From: Octopus sinensis
Taxonomy: Eukaryota
DNA: 64,000 nucleotides
Direction: 5' to 3'
Assembly: GCF_006345805.1 (NCBI RefSeq)
Contig: NC_042998.1
Coordinates: forward strand, 107,632,001 to 107,696,000
The notes under the pieces were generated by a model. It ran no database searches, was not told the DNA's origin, and was given only the letters and a program-made list of their open reading frames with translations. This document shows positions 1 to 64,000 of this stretch, one piece after another (position 1 is the stretch's first letter; every line of letters starts with the position of its first letter). A program made the translations under genes and the position numbers.

Positions 1-187
1 GTATGAGATAATGAAACATTAGTTTGTTCTTATTAGACATAGAGATATATGTTGATGAGCTACAGGGGTATCTGTTGACAAGATACATATCTTCCTAGTT
101 CAATACAAATGTTTATGCTGAGCAAATTCAGGACTTAGTGATTTATTAACAAATATTTGCCATCAATTTCCATAAGAAAAACCAAAC

Positions 188-61825
<61,638 letters not shown>

Positions 61826-64000
61826 CTGAAAGAACAAGGTAGTATAGGCTGAAGTTCAGGAAGGTACAGGGTAAAGTAGGTAAGATGTAAAAGTAGATAA
61901 GAAGTAAATTAAGTAGAACCAAGTAGAAGACAATATAGGTAGAAAATAAAGTAATTTTAGTGTTTTAATTTTTGAAAATATTATTAATGGATTTAACAGA
62001 CTGTAGCTATAAACCAGTGGTGTTGGTGGTAGTTCTTGAGATGGTATTTATAATACACTGATATTGTTCCACAAGTATATTTGTAGTAAATGATAATAAT
62101 GTACTATCAGAAATTTAGAAAACAATATTCAAAGTCCATATATAAAAAAAAAATAAAGTTTTGGTTTAGATTCCTTGAAAAATCAAAGGTAGCTGAAGAT
62201 TTCATGTAAGCTAATGGTGATGATTCCATATTTTGGGGCTATAGTGTTCAGTATATATTTTAAACCACTTCTGTTGTTTCAATACCTGGATAAAATGTTA
62301 GCCTAGCCCAGGTTTCCTCCCAGGGAGGAATTCAAAATTAGTATGGGAAGCAAAAAAAAAAAAAAAAATCAATCATAAAGAGTTCCAGCTTGTGTACAGC
62401 AGTGAACTTCATTCCATCATGCCACTTATTAATATATATGTACATTGAGTAATTAAGTGTTAAATGTTTTTGCATAAGACAAAACTCATTGATGCTGTAG
62501 CAATGTGAACTGTTGATCTTTTGGTTAGAAGACAGATTCCTCCTTATCATCACCACTAGAAAGATGTCAGTTGTACCCTAGCCTCACACAAACCCAAACT
62601 GCGTTTCATCTCTGCTAATTTTCTTTATAATTTCATAATTTGGGCCATAAGTTTGATACTTAGTTGCTTCCTGGAGCTTCTCCTTTACCCTTGTAGCAGT
62701 TTTATTAGAATTTCCGTATTTTGTCCTTTGTTTTTCCTGACCAAAATTAATCATTTAGCTAATGATTCATTCTTCTTGCTAAGAGTGTAACTTTTATTAA
62801 TGAACATTTCTTGATTCACTGCACTAAGTATATTAGTACTAATTTTTTGTAGATTCCAATATATTGTATTTCAAGTCATTGAAACTGAAATTTTCTGATT
62901 TGCAACTGGATGTATTCCATTTAGATAAAAAATATAACAGCGCAACAGTTTCATGTTTTATACACCTTTTGATTTCACTCCTTAGCCTTCTCCTTTTTTC
63001 TTTTTCTCTGCTGTAAGTCTGCCATTTGTCTCCAGTCTACATCTGCTTCCCATCAATACAAGTAATTGAGATGATCTATTGGTAGAAGGAAGGTTTTTTT
63101 CTTTTGTCTTCAACTTTTTGGAACTAAAACAAGGTGATCTCTACTATTTCCTAAGTTTGGACTGGGGATTCTGTGAAAACAACAACATAGGGTCTGGGGT
63201 TGTTGTAGCTGGTTCTCCTACTTTTCTACTTTCTCAGGTTCTAACTGCTGCATATTTAACAAATGAGCTTTCTGCTCTGTGTTGCCAATCTTACTGCACT
63301 CACAATGGGGCACAGTACTTGAAGGCCCTGAGTTTTGAGGGGTTGTTAGCACTTATAAGACCATACTGATTCTTTATGTCATTCTATATTACCTTTGCTC
63401 TTACTATCTGCTCATATTGTACTACAAAGGTGGCAATGAGCTGAGGGTTGATGAACCTGACTGTTACTCTTGCATGCATTGGCCAATGTATTGTGATCTG
63501 AGTCTTGGGGCAGGTGTGTTTCACACTACTTTGTTTTTTGCTTCATCTCACCCTCAGTCTTGAAAACCAAATAGATACTCCAATATACAGGTGATAGAAA
63601 CAACATATACTGGCTTGGCCCCTCTTTAAAAGATTCTTTGAGAGCAACTGAAAAATTTCCTGCATTTTTGAAACAGAAATTGCTTACTCTCCTCCTCCCT
63701 CACTTCTGGATAACTGTCACAAGTTAGGAAGTATTTGATTCGGTCACATATTTTGTGTCATATCATCCTTTATTTCACAAGTTGCCACATATTCAAAATT
63801 TCCTTGCTCAGAAATTTTTGTTGCTATTTTTCTGCTAGATTTTGTAATATACTGTTTGTGTTTGGCATGATATGAGTTGTGCTTTCCAGTGAAAACCTCA
63901 CTTCTTCCTGCTTATTATGTAAAGATCAAATATTTATGTTATCGTGTTTATGACTTGTTTTTCTTTTTTGTTGAAGTTCTGGAAATACTGCTTTTGTCAC

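Overview
AT-rich, repeat-dense animal DNA. The SINE, RTE-LINE and (TA)n/(GAT)n content looks like an octopod cephalopod genome (inference). The whole window lies inside one large minus-strand gene, which the ORF track mostly misses. I reconstructed 27 phase-consistent exons (188-61825; 3684 nt, 1228 codons, no stops). They encode the end of the linker through AAA1-AAA4 of a highly divergent axonemal dynein heavy chain, closest in motif wording to DNAH5/8; a DNHD1-like identity is not excluded. Main result: the reading frame and splice sites are intact, but the residues that make AAA1 the motor ATPase are altered. Walker A GKT>GKK, Walker B DE>AD, sensor I N lost, sensor II R lost, and the AAA2 arginine finger R>K. 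The AAA4 P-loop is also erased, while the AAA2 and AAA3 P-loops are intact. This suggests a catalytically dead 'pseudo-dynein'. The introns hold three young LTR retrotransposons, all antisense to the host. (1) A CsRn1-type Gypsy (28191-33254) whose only reading-frame breaks are homopolymer indels. (2) A non-coding LTR element (39445-42202) sharing its PBS class, PPT and termini with (1). (3) An atypical compact Gypsy (54221-58366). All three LTRs carry NRF1-like plus ETS-like motifs. Also present: two Tc1 fossils, a hAT fossil, RTE LINE fragments, two SINE families, MITEs, palindromes and microsatellites. Boundaries of decayed repeats are approximate; exon and LTR boundaries were read base by base.
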